DNA from: Candidatus Latescibacterota bacterium
Lineage (GTDB): Bacteria; Latescibacterota; UBA2968; UBA8231
Reading direction: 5' to 3'
DNA: 64,000 nt
Assembly (NCBI GenBank): GCA_963422735.1
Contig: OY730476.1
Span: forward strand, 3,936,001 to 4,000,000
The number at the start of each line of letters is the position of its first letter. The stretch's first letter is position 1. Shown here piece by piece: positions 31,198 to 41,109 of this stretch. The notes beneath the pieces are model-generated. The model was not told the DNA's origin. It did not search any database and saw nothing but the letters and a program-made list of their open reading frames with translations. Made by a program: the position numbers and the translations under genes.

Positions 31198-31808
31198 TTC
31201 AGCAGAGGTACTGGATATCCACACATGATCCTCTGTAATAGGTGCGGTTCGTCTTCAAAGAAGGATTGGAAACTGGGGTCGTTCTGAACCTGATCTGCTA
31301 GAAAAGCCCCACGTCTCTCTTCCTGCCTGATGAAGGCTATAATTTGTTGAGTTGCCCAATGCACTGCTCCGCTATCTACTCGTCTTGGTGGGTAGAATCG
31401 TCCACGTTCAACGAGGGGTCCCCATGATGATCTCAGCAGATTCGCCTCGTCTTGGGGCACGAAGAACAAGGGAAATTGGATGTGGCACAATTCCAAGCGG
31501 AAACTCAGGTTTTCCTGAAGCAGATTTGAATAGGCCAATTCGACGCTGGTCCATCCACGCCCTTGCGAGAGAAAGTTTGCCGTGACAAAATACACAACGT
31601 GCCGGCAGCGTATAATGCCCTCTCGAAGGGCGGCAAACGCTTCTTGGCCTCTAGGGTAATGATGACGGTCGAGCCACGGCCAGTACTCGTTGTTTTCTAG
31701 CGCATTGAACGCGGGCTGCACTAGGTGAACTCGATCTTCAGCACAATGTAAGAGAAACACATGATGGGTACAACGCGGTAGATGCTTGATCTTCCAATCG
31801 CCGATCAT
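31194..31808 (-). CDS. TIR-domain protein
   Basis: 'HVFLLHCAED', 'PWLDR', 'VVYFVTANFL...WTSVELAY' with the conserved Glu; lower GC. Confidence 0.8.
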   Translation of the reverse strand: MIGDWKIKHLPRCTHHVFLLHCAEDRVHLVQPAFNALENNEYWPWLDRHHYPRGQEAFAALREGIIRCRHVVYFVTANFLSQGRGWTSVELAYSNLLQENLSFRLELCHIQFPLFFVPQDEANLLRSSWGPLVERGRFYPPRRVDSGAVHWATQQIIAFIRQEERRGAFLADQVQNDPSFQSFFEDEPHLLQRIMCGYPVPLLK

Positions 31809-31817
31809 TCAAGCGGC

Positions 31818-32135
31818 CTATTCATCCAGCGGAGGGAAGGGTGCCACTTCCAGAGTAGATGCGGCGATGCCTGTAAGCGCAGTAATCAACTCCTCGCCAA
31901 GGGAGGTCGGACAAGCGAATATACGATGCTTAATTTCCATAACACCGCCTTCGGCCATGTTTTCACACGCCTTCATAATAGGGCCGAGCGTGTATTTCTC
32001 ATCCAAAGCCGAATACAGGGATTGGTACGACAAGCCATAGCCAACCTTGCGCGTCGGATTGAACTGTGGGAAAGCGGCGAGGATATCGCGGTATATCTCA
32101 GGTAAGCTATTAATGTATTCGTCGGATATTGGCAT
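31818..32135 (-). CDS. Small putative winged-helix protein
   Basis: AGAGG RBS; helical with a 'CPTSLGEELI' wing-like end; lower GC. Confidence 0.6.
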   Translation of the reverse strand: MPISDEYINSLPEIYRDILAAFPQFNPTRKVGYGLSYQSLYSALDEKYTLGPIMKACENMAEGGVMEIKHRIFACPTSLGEELITALTGIAASTLEVAPFPPLDE

Positions 32136-32312
32136 TCATACCTCTTTTATACTGATTATGAAAGGTTAAAATAGATCGCCGCCTAAGCCTCGACAAGGAA
32201 GCCAGAGCGTCTTACAGGTTCAAGTGCGATTCCCAAAACACCCTTGGTGTCGTGTAGTTAGATTCGCACTCTTTCTCGTCCATGCTCGCAATCTACTTTC
32301 CAGCGAGGAACC

Positions 32313-33176
32313 ATGCCCCCTAGCACTTCCCTCCATCCCACCGCTTATGACCCGCTCATTGACCTAGCCTTGCGGGAGGACCTCGGTGCTGTAGATGTAG
32401 AAGCCGATCTGACCGCTGCTTGGACCGTGGCGAGCAATGCCGAAGCTCGCGCTCGCATCATCGCCCGCCAAGCCGGCGTCGTCGCTGGCATCGAAATCGC
32501 TCGCGCAGTATTCGCCCGTCTCGACCAAAACGTTGCCGCATGGGCCGACGTCGCCGACGGGGACGAAGTAGCAGCAGGCCAGACCCTCGTCCGCTTGCAG
32601 GGCCGCGCTCGCTCGCTTTTGGCCGGGGAGCGCACCGCGCTCAATTTTCTGCAACAGCTTTCGGGCGTGGCCACTCTGACCCAGCGCTATGTGGAGGCCC
32701 TAACCGGCACGACCACCCGCATCACCGACACCCGCAAAACCACCCCGGGCTGGCGGTACTTACAGAAGTGGGCCGTGCGCTTGGGCGGCGGAGTCAATCA
32801 CCGCATGGGCCTGTACGACGCCGTGCTGATCAAGGAAAACCACGCCGCCGCCGCGGGTGGCGTCCGCGCTGCCATCCGCAAGGCACGGGGCCAAGCAGCA
32901 CCGATTTACGTGGAAGCCGAAAATCTCGGGGAGGTTGAGGAGGCCCTTGCGGGCGGCCCGGACCGCATCCTGCTCGACAACATGGACGCGCCGACCCTGC
33001 GCCGGGCCGTAGCAATCATCCGCGCCGCCAATCCCGCCGTTGAGATTGAGGCCACCGGCGGTTATACCTTGGCGACCGTGCGCGAGGCCGCTGCCGCTGG
33101 CGTGGATCTCGTCTCGATCGGTGCTTTGACGCATTCGGCACCGGCGTTGGATCTGAGCATGCTTTTTGAGGAATAG
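32313..33176 (+). CDS. nadC: Nicotinate-nucleotide pyrophosphorylase (carboxylating)
   Basis: 'GERTALNF', 'DTRKTTPG', 'HRMGLYDAVLIKENH', 'LLDNM'. Confidence 0.96.
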   Translation: MPPSTSLHPTAYDPLIDLALREDLGAVDVEADLTAAWTVASNAEARARIIARQAGVVAGIEIARAVFARLDQNVAAWADVADGDEVAAGQTLVRLQGRARSLLAGERTALNFLQQLSGVATLTQRYVEALTGTTTRITDTRKTTPGWRYLQKWAVRLGGGVNHRMGLYDAVLIKENHAAAAGGVRAAIRKARGQAAPIYVEAENLGEVEEALAGGPDRILLDNMDAPTLRRAVAIIRAANPAVEIEATGGYTLATVREAAAAGVDLVSIGALTHSAPALDLSMLFEE

Positions 33177-33237
33177 AAACTATCTCATAAATGCCACCAA
33201 TCCCATAGGGATCAGCCTCTGCACTGGTCTAAACGAC

Positions 33238-33262
33238 GGGCGACCACAAAGGGCGCCCCTAT
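33238..33262. repeat. REP-like palindrome, copy 2
   Basis: GGGCGACCACAAAGGGCGCCCCTAT between convergent genes. Confidence 0.5.
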
Positions 33263-33738
33263 TTCTGACCGTCCCGCCATTTGTAGTAGGGATTGAGTAC
33301 GAGGTTGGCGTTGTAATAGCGTGGATCGTCCGATACTTCGACGCCGGCCCAAGGCGGCTTTTCCACGGCCTCTTCCCGGCTGCTCAGCTCGACTTCGGCC
33401 AGCACCAACCCCTCATTTTCTCCAGAAAATACGTCAATGGACCAGACCTTGCCCGCCCAAGGCAGAGTGTAGCGCGTCTTTTCGATGTGGGGCCGCTGGC
33501 ACAGGGTTGTTAGGATGCTCTCGGCGTCTTGGTGCGGGATTTCGCATTCGTACTCGCGGCGCGCGATGCCGCTAGTCGCCCCCTTGAGCGTGAGCACCGC
33601 CCGCTCCCCTTCAATTCGTACGCGCACCACGCCTCCGTCTTGGGTGGGAATGTAGCCCTGCCGAAAGGCGATGCCCTCTAGCTGGCTGAAGCAAGAGCAG
33701 TCGGCCACGAGGTACTTGCGCTCGATTTCCCAGGACAT
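33259..33738 (-). CDS. CYTH-domain triphosphatase/adenylate cyclase-like protein
   Basis: 'EIERKYL', 'VRVR', 'EKTRY', 'AEVEL'. Confidence 0.92.
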   Translation of the reverse strand: MSWEIERKYLVADCSCFSQLEGIAFRQGYIPTQDGGVVRVRIEGERAVLTLKGATSGIARREYECEIPHQDAESILTTLCQRPHIEKTRYTLPWAGKVWSIDVFSGENEGLVLAEVELSSREEAVEKPPWAGVEVSDDPRYYNANLVLNPYYKWRDGQK

Positions 33739-33741
33739 CGC

Positions 33742-35025
33742 TTAGTCGGAAGCGGCGCGGTCGATGAGGCTGTGTCGCTCTGGCCCCACGGAGACGTAGC
33801 GAATGCGGCAGCCGACGAGCCGTTCGATTTCCAGCACATAAGCGCGCGCCGCTGAGGGCAAATCGCCAAAGTGCCGATGCGAACGGATGTCTTCTTGCCA
33901 ACCCTTCATTTCTTGATAGATGGGTTGCGCTTTGTCCAAAACCGGATTCAAGGGGAATTGATCTACGCGCCGTCCATTGCACTCATAGTGCGTACAGATG
34001 AGCAAAGGATCGAGGCCGGACAAGCTATCGAGCTTAGTCAGGGCGATTTCCGTGGCTCCTTGCACCTGGGCACCGTAGCGCGAGGCGAGGGCGTCGAAGT
34101 GGCCAATCCGGCGGGGCCGGCCCGTGGCCGCGCCGTACTCGTACGCCGTTTCGCGAAGGTCGCCAGCTTGTTCGCCTTCCATTTCGGTGGCAAAACTACC
34201 GGCCCCAACGCAAGAGGAGAAAGCCTTCATCACGCCGATAACTCGATCTGGGAAGTGGCCGATGAGGCCGCCGCCAATGGGGGCAAAAGACGCCAGACAA
34301 CACGAAGACGACGTATAGGGATAGATGCCGTACACGACGTCGCGCAATGCGCCTAATTGGGTCTCGAACAAAATGTTGCTCCTGCGTTGTGCGGCTTCTT
34401 TGAGCAGGCTCGCGGTGTCGCAGATCAGATCCTTGATTTGCTCGCCATAGGATAAGACGTACTCCAGCACCTCGCTGTATTGTATGGCGTCTTGGCGTCC
34501 GTACACGCCAGCGGCGATCAAGTTCTTCCACTCCACGAGGGGCCTGAGCCGTTCCTTGAGGCGATCTGGGTACAGCAATTCGCCGACTTGGATGCCCTTC
34601 TTGAGGAAGCGATCGCCGTACGCTGGGGCAATGCCGCGCTTCGTCGAGCCAAAGGCGTGCTGACCCAGCCGCTCTTCTTCCCATTCGTCTTCTATCCTGT
34701 GGAAAGGAAAGCAAATAGTCGCCCGATCAGACAACCGCACTGAGCCGGTTGCAATCCCGGCTGCGGACAGATCGTTTAGTTCTTCTGCCAAGACTTGGAG
34801 GTCAACGACCACGCCCGGCCCCAACACGTTGACCACCGCCGGGTTGAAGATCCCCGAGGGCACCAAGTGCATCTTAAAAGTGCCGCATTCGTTTACTACG
34901 GTGTGGCCGGCGTTGGCTCCCCCTTGGAAACGGACGACGACATCCGCGTCTTGAGCTAGATAGTCGATCATCCGACCCTTTCCTTCATCTCCCCAATTCG
35001 TCCCACAAACGACCGATATGGTCAT
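33742..35025 (-). CDS. purA: Adenylosuccinate synthetase
   Basis: 'WGDEGKG', 'GGANAGHTV', 'EYGAATGRPRRIG', 'TKLD'. Confidence 0.96.
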   Translation of the reverse strand: MTISVVCGTNWGDEGKGRMIDYLAQDADVVVRFQGGANAGHTVVNECGTFKMHLVPSGIFNPAVVNVLGPGVVVDLQVLAEELNDLSAAGIATGSVRLSDRATICFPFHRIEDEWEEERLGQHAFGSTKRGIAPAYGDRFLKKGIQVGELLYPDRLKERLRPLVEWKNLIAAGVYGRQDAIQYSEVLEYVLSYGEQIKDLICDTASLLKEAAQRRSNILFETQLGALRDVVYGIYPYTSSSCCLASFAPIGGGLIGHFPDRVIGVMKAFSSCVGAGSFATEMEGEQAGDLRETAYEYGAATGRPRRIGHFDALASRYGAQVQGATEIALTKLDSLSGLDPLLICTHYECNGRRVDQFPLNPVLDKAQPIYQEMKGWQEDIRSHRHFGDLPSAARAYVLEIERLVGCRIRYVSVGPERHSLIDRAASD

Positions 35026-35351
35026 GGCGTATGTTCCTTTAGGTGGTTGGCCAACCCGCGGGCTAAATCGCCGCGCAAAACGCCGATTACTTGGGCGTCC
35101 TCGCGGCCAAAGCCCTGAGTTAGCACTTGCATTGCCTGTACTTGAAAGATGCGCGTGCCGCTGCGCTCTAGGCGAGCCAACTCGCGCAGCGTGTGCTGTG
35201 CGAGCTGGCTGCTGGCAAATACAAAGGCCAGTCCCTTGGCGCGGCGCACGGCCGACAGGCCGACGACCGTAGCCCCAAAGCGGCAGCCGATCCCCAAGAG
35301 CGCGGACAGTTGCGCCGATGGGTTGAGGTGGGGCAGTACCTGCTCAGACAA
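35022..35351 (-). CDS. Putative L7Ae/YlxQ-like RNA-binding protein
   Basis: 'LSALLGIGCRFGATVVGLSAVRR...GFGREDAQVIGVLRGDLARGL'; overlaps both neighbours. Confidence 0.5.
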   Translation of the reverse strand: MSEQVLPHLNPSAQLSALLGIGCRFGATVVGLSAVRRAKGLAFVFASSQLAQHTLRELARLERSGTRIFQVQAMQVLTQGFGREDAQVIGVLRGDLARGLANHLKEHTP

Positions 35352-36363
35352 AGGCTGGCGCAATGGGCACCGACCCACGCGCTGCCGAAATGTTGGCTGC
35401 TTCGAGTACCCCGATTACCCGGCCCGCGGATTCGGGGGTAATGACGAGATCGGCGCGGCCTTGCAGGTGCGCGAAAACGTTTTCGTAGTACGCGTCCCAA
35501 TTGGACTCGGCGAAGGGCACCTCGGTGCTCATCTGGCGGCCGTTGATCATCGCCTTGACGAGAAATTTGCCGCCCGCATCCTCGATCGCGCCCTGTGTGC
35601 CCAGCACCCGCCAGCGCGGCTTCGGGCTCATCGACAGGTTGGACATCGTCAGGGTGACTGTGCAGCCGCTTTGGAAGCGCAGCGTGTATTCGGAGTGGTC
35701 CTCGTTGTCGTATTTTTCCCACGCTAGATTTTTGACTTGATAGCCGCTGACCGAGGCGATTTTTTCCGGGACGATATTCAAAATCCAATCCGTAAAATGC
35801 GCCCCCCAGTCGTAGATGGCTCCGCCGGAGATTTTGCGATTGGAGCGCCACCAAGTCCCCTGCTCTCCATAGCCGTAAAACCCGGCCTCAATGCGGAAGA
35901 CGCGGCCGATGATTTGCTCTTTGAGGATTAGATCGCGCAACACTACAAAGTCGCCGTCCCAGCGCCGGTTGTGAAACGTCGAGATCAGGGCCTTGTTTTT
36001 TTTGGCCGCCGTTTGCATGCGTTTGACTTCGGCACTTGTAATAGCAAGGGGCTTCTCGCAGACCACGTGTACCCCAGCGTCGAGGCACTGCACCGCTAGC
36101 TTAGCGTGCGTGTTGTGCGGGGTGATGATCGTCACTAAGTCCAAGTTCGCGCTCCGCAGCATGGTGCCGACGCGGCCGTAGGTTTTGATGCCGGGGAAGT
36201 CCTCTTCCGCTACTTGGCGCCGCTCGGCATCCAGTTCGCAAACAGCGGCTACTTCTATGCCTTCGTTTTTGGCCATGGAGGTCAAGTGCAACTGACCCAT
36301 ATTGAACGCGCCGCCGTAGCCTATGACACCGACGCGGAAGTGCTCTTGTTTTTTTGCCGCCAC
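35344..36363 (-). CDS. Gfo/Idh/MocA-family oxidoreductase
   Basis: 'VIGYG', 'CEKP', 'HNRRWDGD', 'DWGAH'. Confidence 0.9.
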   Translation of the reverse strand: MAAKKQEHFRVGVIGYGGAFNMGQLHLTSMAKNEGIEVAAVCELDAERRQVAEEDFPGIKTYGRVGTMLRSANLDLVTIITPHNTHAKLAVQCLDAGVHVVCEKPLAITSAEVKRMQTAAKKNKALISTFHNRRWDGDFVVLRDLILKEQIIGRVFRIEAGFYGYGEQGTWWRSNRKISGGAIYDWGAHFTDWILNIVPEKIASVSGYQVKNLAWEKYDNEDHSEYTLRFQSGCTVTLTMSNLSMSPKPRWRVLGTQGAIEDAGGKFLVKAMINGRQMSTEVPFAESNWDAYYENVFAHLQGRADLVITPESAGRVIGVLEAANISAARGSVPIAPAFV

Positions 36364-36495
36364 AGTGTGTTCCTTTGTTAAAAGTTTATGCCGCGAATTT
36401 GCAAAATGCCGCTGTGCGCGTCAATGAGGTTGGTTTGTCCACGCCCTAGCCTTTTGTTATGTTGTCCCCTCCACAATTTAGTCCCCATACGACAG

Positions 36496-39400
36496 ATGGA
36501 AACAAAACTAACGAGAAAAGACCTAGCTTTTATCGGCGGCTGTTTGCTCGTCGCCGCCGCGAGCTTGGTCGTTGGAGTCCACTACTTCTATCGGGCCTTT
36601 CCCGAAGCCTCAATCGACTTCCGCGTCACCCGCGACGAAGCGAAGATGCAGGCGGCCGATTTCCTCGCCGCCCGCGGCTTTGACCTCGCCGACTACCGCC
36701 ACAGTGCCATTTTTCGCTACGATAACCAGACCAAGACCTTCCTCGAGCGCGAGCTGGGTCTCGAGGGGGCTACGCAGGTCATTGGCGATCCCGTGCAGTT
36801 GTGGCGCTGGAGCAACCGCTGGGTGCGGGAACTGGAAAAGGAGGAGTTCCAAGCTACGGTTACGACTTCTGGCGAGCTCGTCAGTTTTAGCCATCTCATT
36901 GAGGAAGAAGCGCCCGGCGCGAGCCTCGAAGAAGCCGAAGCCCGCCGTTTGGCCGAGAGCTTTCTCATCGGCGAGCTTGGCCGCGACCTCGCCGCGCTCG
37001 ACTTCGTAGAAGCGCAGGCTCAGGAGCGACCCAACCGCATCGACTACACCTTTAGCTGGAAGCTGCGCGACTTCGCCGTTGGCGAGGCCCACTACCGCTT
37101 CTACGTGCGCTTGCAAGGCGACGAGATCGGCGGGTTTGGCGAGTACCTCAAAATCCCCGAGGCCTGGGAGCGAGACTACGCCGAGTTGCGATCGCGCAAT
37201 GAGACCACGGGCTTGGTGGCCGGAACCTTACTCATCCTGACCGTGCTAGCGATGCTGGTCTCGTTTTTTGGCGGCGTCCGAGCCCGAGACATTCGCTGGA
37301 AGACCGCGGCGATCTTTGGGGCCATTGCCGCGGTCCTAACCCTGCTAGCCCAACTCAACAATTTGCCGCTGACCGCGTTTAACTACGACACGACCGATAC
37401 ATACGGGTCTTTCCTGACGGGTCAGCTGCTCACCAGCCTGTTCGCCGCTGCTAGCCAAGGCATCCTCATCTTCTTTCTCACAGCGGCTGCCGAGCCTTTG
37501 TACCGGCGCTACTACGCGAACCAAATCCAGATCGGGGGCCAGTTTACGCCAGCGGGTCTGCGCACGAAGCGCTTTCTCCTCGGCACCATCCTCGGTTTGG
37601 CCATGACTCCGGCCTTCTTGGCCTACCAGGTCCTCTTTTACATCACAGCCGAGCAATTCGGTGCTTGGACCCCAGCGGACATTCCCTATAGCGAGATGGT
37701 CAACACGTATATCCCGTGGATCATGGTGCTGTTGATCGGCTTTATGCCCGCGGTCTCCGAGGAGTTCATATCCCGGGCGTTTTCAATTCCCTTCCTCCAC
37801 AAATACCTCAAGTCGCGCTGGGCCGCAGTCTTTATTGCAGCCCTTATATGGGGGTTCGCCCATGCCGGCTATCCGCAACAGCCCTTTTACATCCGCGGCC
37901 TTGAGGTGGGCGTCGCCGGTATTGTCGTCGGCTATATTTTCCTCCGCTTCGGGATTCTCGCCCCCCTCGTATGGCACTACACGATCGATGCCCTGTACAC
38001 GTCCTTAATCCTCTTCCGCTCGTCCAACAGCTACTTCGTCGCTTCAGCGGCCTTGTCGGCGGGCTTAATGCTCCTGCCCTTGGCAGTGGCGCTCGTCCTC
38101 TACCTGCGGCAGCGCCGCTTTGCCGACCCGACGCTCCTGCTCAACAAAAGCGCTGCGCCCGCAGCCCCGGATGCCGGCGCGGACGAGCCTACAACAGTGC
38201 AACAGCCCGCAGCCTTGGCCCCCGCGTTTGCCTATACCCCGCTGTCTAAGCGGCGCATGGGTTGGGCTGCCGCGGTAGTCGTGGCCTCGCTGGGCTTTTT
38301 TGCCCTCGACTACGAAGAGCCGCTCGACTTTGTCGATGTTCATCTGACTCGGGGCGAGGCCGAGGATAAGGCCATTGAGCATCTAGCGGCGACCGGCGCG
38401 GATGCCTCGGCATACGAGGTGGTCACCTACTATCAAAACCAACCGAGCACGATGGCGATCCGGTACATCCTAGAGCGCGACTCGGTGGCCGTCGTCAACC
38501 GCCTATACCAAGAAGATCTTTTGGCTAGCTTGTGGGTGACGCGCTTTTTCCGCTACGGAGAAAAGGAGGAATACAGGGTCGCCGTCCATCCAGAAGACGG
38601 CTCCCTCTACAGCATAAATCATCTGCTAGCCGAAGAGGCCGAGGGTGCCGACCTTGAAGAGGCACAAGCCGAGGCAATAGCCGTCGATCATCTGCGCACC
38701 TACGGTTTTGACATCGATCTCCTCAAACTCAAGGAATCCTCTTCAGAAAAGCTCCCCAACCGCCGCGATCACCGCTTCGTCTTTGAGGCCGCTGAGGGCG
38801 ACGAGCGCAACGTCGATGAGTTGCGCTATCGGGTGCGGGTCAAAGTCGCTGGCGACGAGCCGGTTTCTATCTATCGCTTCCTCCACGTGCCCGAGGCTTG
38901 GGAGCGCGAGTACAATGAGAGCACCACGCTCAAAACCGCGCTTTTCGGCCTGCTCATCGTCTTAATTGCCGCCGTAGTGCTGCACGGCCTGTGGCTACTC
39001 GTGCGTCGCGTGCGAAACGAGGGCATAGATTGGGCACCACTGGTCAAAATCGCCGCAGTGGGCGCGGCCTTCTTCCTACTCAACTTTCTCAATGGCCTGT
39101 CGGTTATCGAACGCGCCTATGATACCCGCCTCACGCTGTCGATCTTTACCATTACTCAGATACTCAGCATTGTCTTGGGCAGCTTGGGGATCGGCTTGAT
39201 GATTCTCGCAGCTCTCGGCTTGGCCACCAGCCTCTATCCAGACTGGCCGGCGCGCTTGCGGGCCGTGCGGCGCATGCCCGAATTCCGCGATGCTGTTGTC
39301 GGGGTCGCGCTAGTCCTCGTTGCCGGAGCGGCGTGGCAGCACTTGCGCGGCTACATAGAGAGCCGCTTCATTGCCTCCGACCCGAGTCTCGGCCTTGGGC

Positions 39401-39849
39401 TGCCCTCTGAACTGGACCAGTATTTGCCTTTTTGGAATCCCCTGTCCGACGGCGCAATGGGGGCCATCTTCGTCCCGATTGTCGCGGGCCTAGTGCTCTA
39501 CTATAGCCGCGTCGTTGTAAAAAAGAGACTCTACGCAGTCGTGGTGGGCTTGGGAGTGGGCTTGATTATGTCTGGCAGCAATGCCGGCCACTTCGACGAA
39601 TTCCTCTTTGAGTTGTTGGCGTTTGTCTCCAGTGTTGGCTTCGCCGTAGCCGCAATCGTCTTGGTCTTGCGGAACAACCTCCTCGCCTACGCGCTATTGG
39701 GGTTTGCCCCGGTCCTCTCGGCGGTCAAGAGCCTCAACGCGCTGTCCGCTCCGGCCTATCAGTTGCAAGCCGGCGTCCTGTTGCTGCTGGCTCTTGTGGT
39801 AGTCTTCTGCCTGTGGTGGCACTTGGGCAGAAAGCGCGAGGCATCCTAG
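36496..39849 (+). CDS. Large CPBP (CAAX/Abi) intramembrane metalloprotease with duplicated periplasmic domain
   Basis: 'SEEFISR', 'WGFAH', 'WHYTID'; repeated module ending 'PEAWER(D/E)Y'. Confidence 0.82.
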   Translation: METKLTRKDLAFIGGCLLVAAASLVVGVHYFYRAFPEASIDFRVTRDEAKMQAADFLAARGFDLADYRHSAIFRYDNQTKTFLERELGLEGATQVIGDPVQLWRWSNRWVRELEKEEFQATVTTSGELVSFSHLIEEEAPGASLEEAEARRLAESFLIGELGRDLAALDFVEAQAQERPNRIDYTFSWKLRDFAVGEAHYRFYVRLQGDEIGGFGEYLKIPEAWERDYAELRSRNETTGLVAGTLLILTVLAMLVSFFGGVRARDIRWKTAAIFGAIAAVLTLLAQLNNLPLTAFNYDTTDTYGSFLTGQLLTSLFAAASQGILIFFLTAAAEPLYRRYYANQIQIGGQFTPAGLRTKRFLLGTILGLAMTPAFLAYQVLFYITAEQFGAWTPADIPYSEMVNTYIPWIMVLLIGFMPAVSEEFISRAFSIPFLHKYLKSRWAAVFIAALIWGFAHAGYPQQPFYIRGLEVGVAGIVVGYIFLRFGILAPLVWHYTIDALYTSLILFRSSNSYFVASAALSAGLMLLPLAVALVLYLRQRRFADPTLLLNKSAAPAAPDAGADEPTTVQQPAALAPAFAYTPLSKRRMGWAAAVVVASLGFFALDYEEPLDFVDVHLTRGEAEDKAIEHLAATGADASAYEVVTYYQNQPSTMAIRYILERDSVAVVNRLYQEDLLASLWVTRFFRYGEKEEYRVAVHPEDGSLYSINHLLAEEAEGADLEEAQAEAIAVDHLRTYGFDIDLLKLKESSSEKLPNRRDHRFVFEAAEGDERNVDELRYRVRVKVAGDEPVSIYRFLHVPEAWEREYNESTTLKTALFGLLIVLIAAVVLHGLWLLVRRVRNEGIDWAPLVKIAAVGAAFFLLNFLNGLSVIERAYDTRLTLSIFTITQILSIVLGSLGIGLMILAALGLATSLYPDWPARLRAVRRMPEFRDAVVGVALVLVAGAAWQHLRGYIESRFIASDPSLGLGLPSELDQYLPFWNPLSDGAMGAIFVPIVAGLVLYYSRVVVKKRLYAVVVGLGVGLIMSGSNAGHFDEFLFELLAFVSSVGFAVAAIVLVLRNNLLAYALLGFAPVLSAVKSLNALSAPAYQLQAGVLLLLALVVVFCLWWHLGRKREAS

Positions 39850-39855
39850 GCGCAG

Positions 39856-41094
39856 ATGATGGAGCTTACTCTGCTGTGGGAATGGTTCGTGCGCCTAGTG
39901 GCGTGGATCCCGCGCTTCCCCATCGCCGCCGCGGCAGCGTACGTCCTCTTCTATTGTACAACGCTAGCCTTGGTCGCCCTTGTACATCGGCACTGGTGGC
40001 GCGTCGTTTGGTTCCGCCGCGTACTCTACTGGCAGTTTCCCGTAGCCCTATTAGGCGTGGCGTTCTGCGTCCTGAGCCGCTACCGCGATGCGCCTTGGCT
40101 CTGGGCCATCGGCATGGGCCAGTTCTCGGCCCTCACTCTTTACCTCGGGGCCTTCCTCGTTGCCGCATTGCTGGTGACGCCGGTCGTCTTGGGCGTTTTG
40201 CTCTACGACCGCTTGCGGCAAGGGGGGACGGAGGGGCCTAGCTCGTTTGAGCGGCGGCGTTTCCTCAGCCGCGGCCTCGCTGTGGTGCCCGCTCTCGGGG
40301 CGGCGGGCGTTAGCCACGGCATCTACACCTCTTACACTCGCGTGCGCATGCCTGTGGTGCCGCTTTGCTATCCCGACCTGCCCGCCGATCTAGAGGGCTT
40401 GAAGATCCTCCATCTCAGCGACATCCACATTGGGCCGTACATCCAGCTTGCCGACCTTGAAGCCCTGCTCGCGCGCGCGGCCCAAGCTGCACCGGACATA
40501 GTTTTGATCACTGGTGATATATGCGATCACAACCCGGAGTACTTGGCGGCCCTGCGCCTACTCGAAAGCGTTCCGGCTCGGCTTGGGGCCTACGCCAGCT
40601 TGGGCAACCACGAGTACATGCGGGGCATCCGCCGCATCCGCCAGCACTTCGACCAGACCGCGATCCCCTTACTCGTGGACGAAGGGCTGGCGGTGCCTGT
40701 GGGCGCGGCGACTCTCTACCTCGGCGGGGTTGACGACCCGCACTTCCTGCGCAGCCCGGCGTCCTACGGGCAACTCCGCAACTCGGTAGAAAAGGCTGTA
40801 AGCGCGTCGCCGAGCGATGCCTTCACCGTGCTGCTGAGCCACCGCTCGCAAGCCCTCGACTACGCCGCGCCCCTCGGCGGTACCGACCTGATTCTGGCCG
40901 GCCACACGCATGGTTTCCAGTTCGGCTTGGCCGGCCGCAGCGTTTTTGAACCGTTTTTCCCGCAGCGGTACATTTGGGGTCACTACAAAAAGGGAACCAC
41001 CCAACTCTACACTACAGCCGGAGTTGGGCACTGGTTGCCCTTCCGCTTCGGCTGCCCACCCGAGGCCCCGATTATCACCCTGCACCGGGCCTAA
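39856..41094 (+). CDS. Membrane-anchored metallophosphoesterase (YkuE-like)
   Basis: 'SDIH', 'TGD', 'GNHE', 'GHTHG'. Confidence 0.9.
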   Translation: MMELTLLWEWFVRLVAWIPRFPIAAAAAYVLFYCTTLALVALVHRHWWRVVWFRRVLYWQFPVALLGVAFCVLSRYRDAPWLWAIGMGQFSALTLYLGAFLVAALLVTPVVLGVLLYDRLRQGGTEGPSSFERRRFLSRGLAVVPALGAAGVSHGIYTSYTRVRMPVVPLCYPDLPADLEGLKILHLSDIHIGPYIQLADLEALLARAAQAAPDIVLITGDICDHNPEYLAALRLLESVPARLGAYASLGNHEYMRGIRRIRQHFDQTAIPLLVDEGLAVPVGAATLYLGGVDDPHFLRSPASYGQLRNSVEKAVSASPSDAFTVLLSHRSQALDYAAPLGGTDLILAGHTHGFQFGLAGRSVFEPFFPQRYIWGHYKKGTTQLYTTAGVGHWLPFRFGCPPEAPIITLHRA

Positions 41095-41109
41095 AGAAAG
41101 GAAATTACG

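Noticed and set aside
31194-35025. TIR + nadC + CYTH + purA as one nucleotide-signalling system
   Set aside because: nadC, CYTH and purA have backbone composition and mixed orientation; adjacency to the lower-GC cassette is probably incidental.
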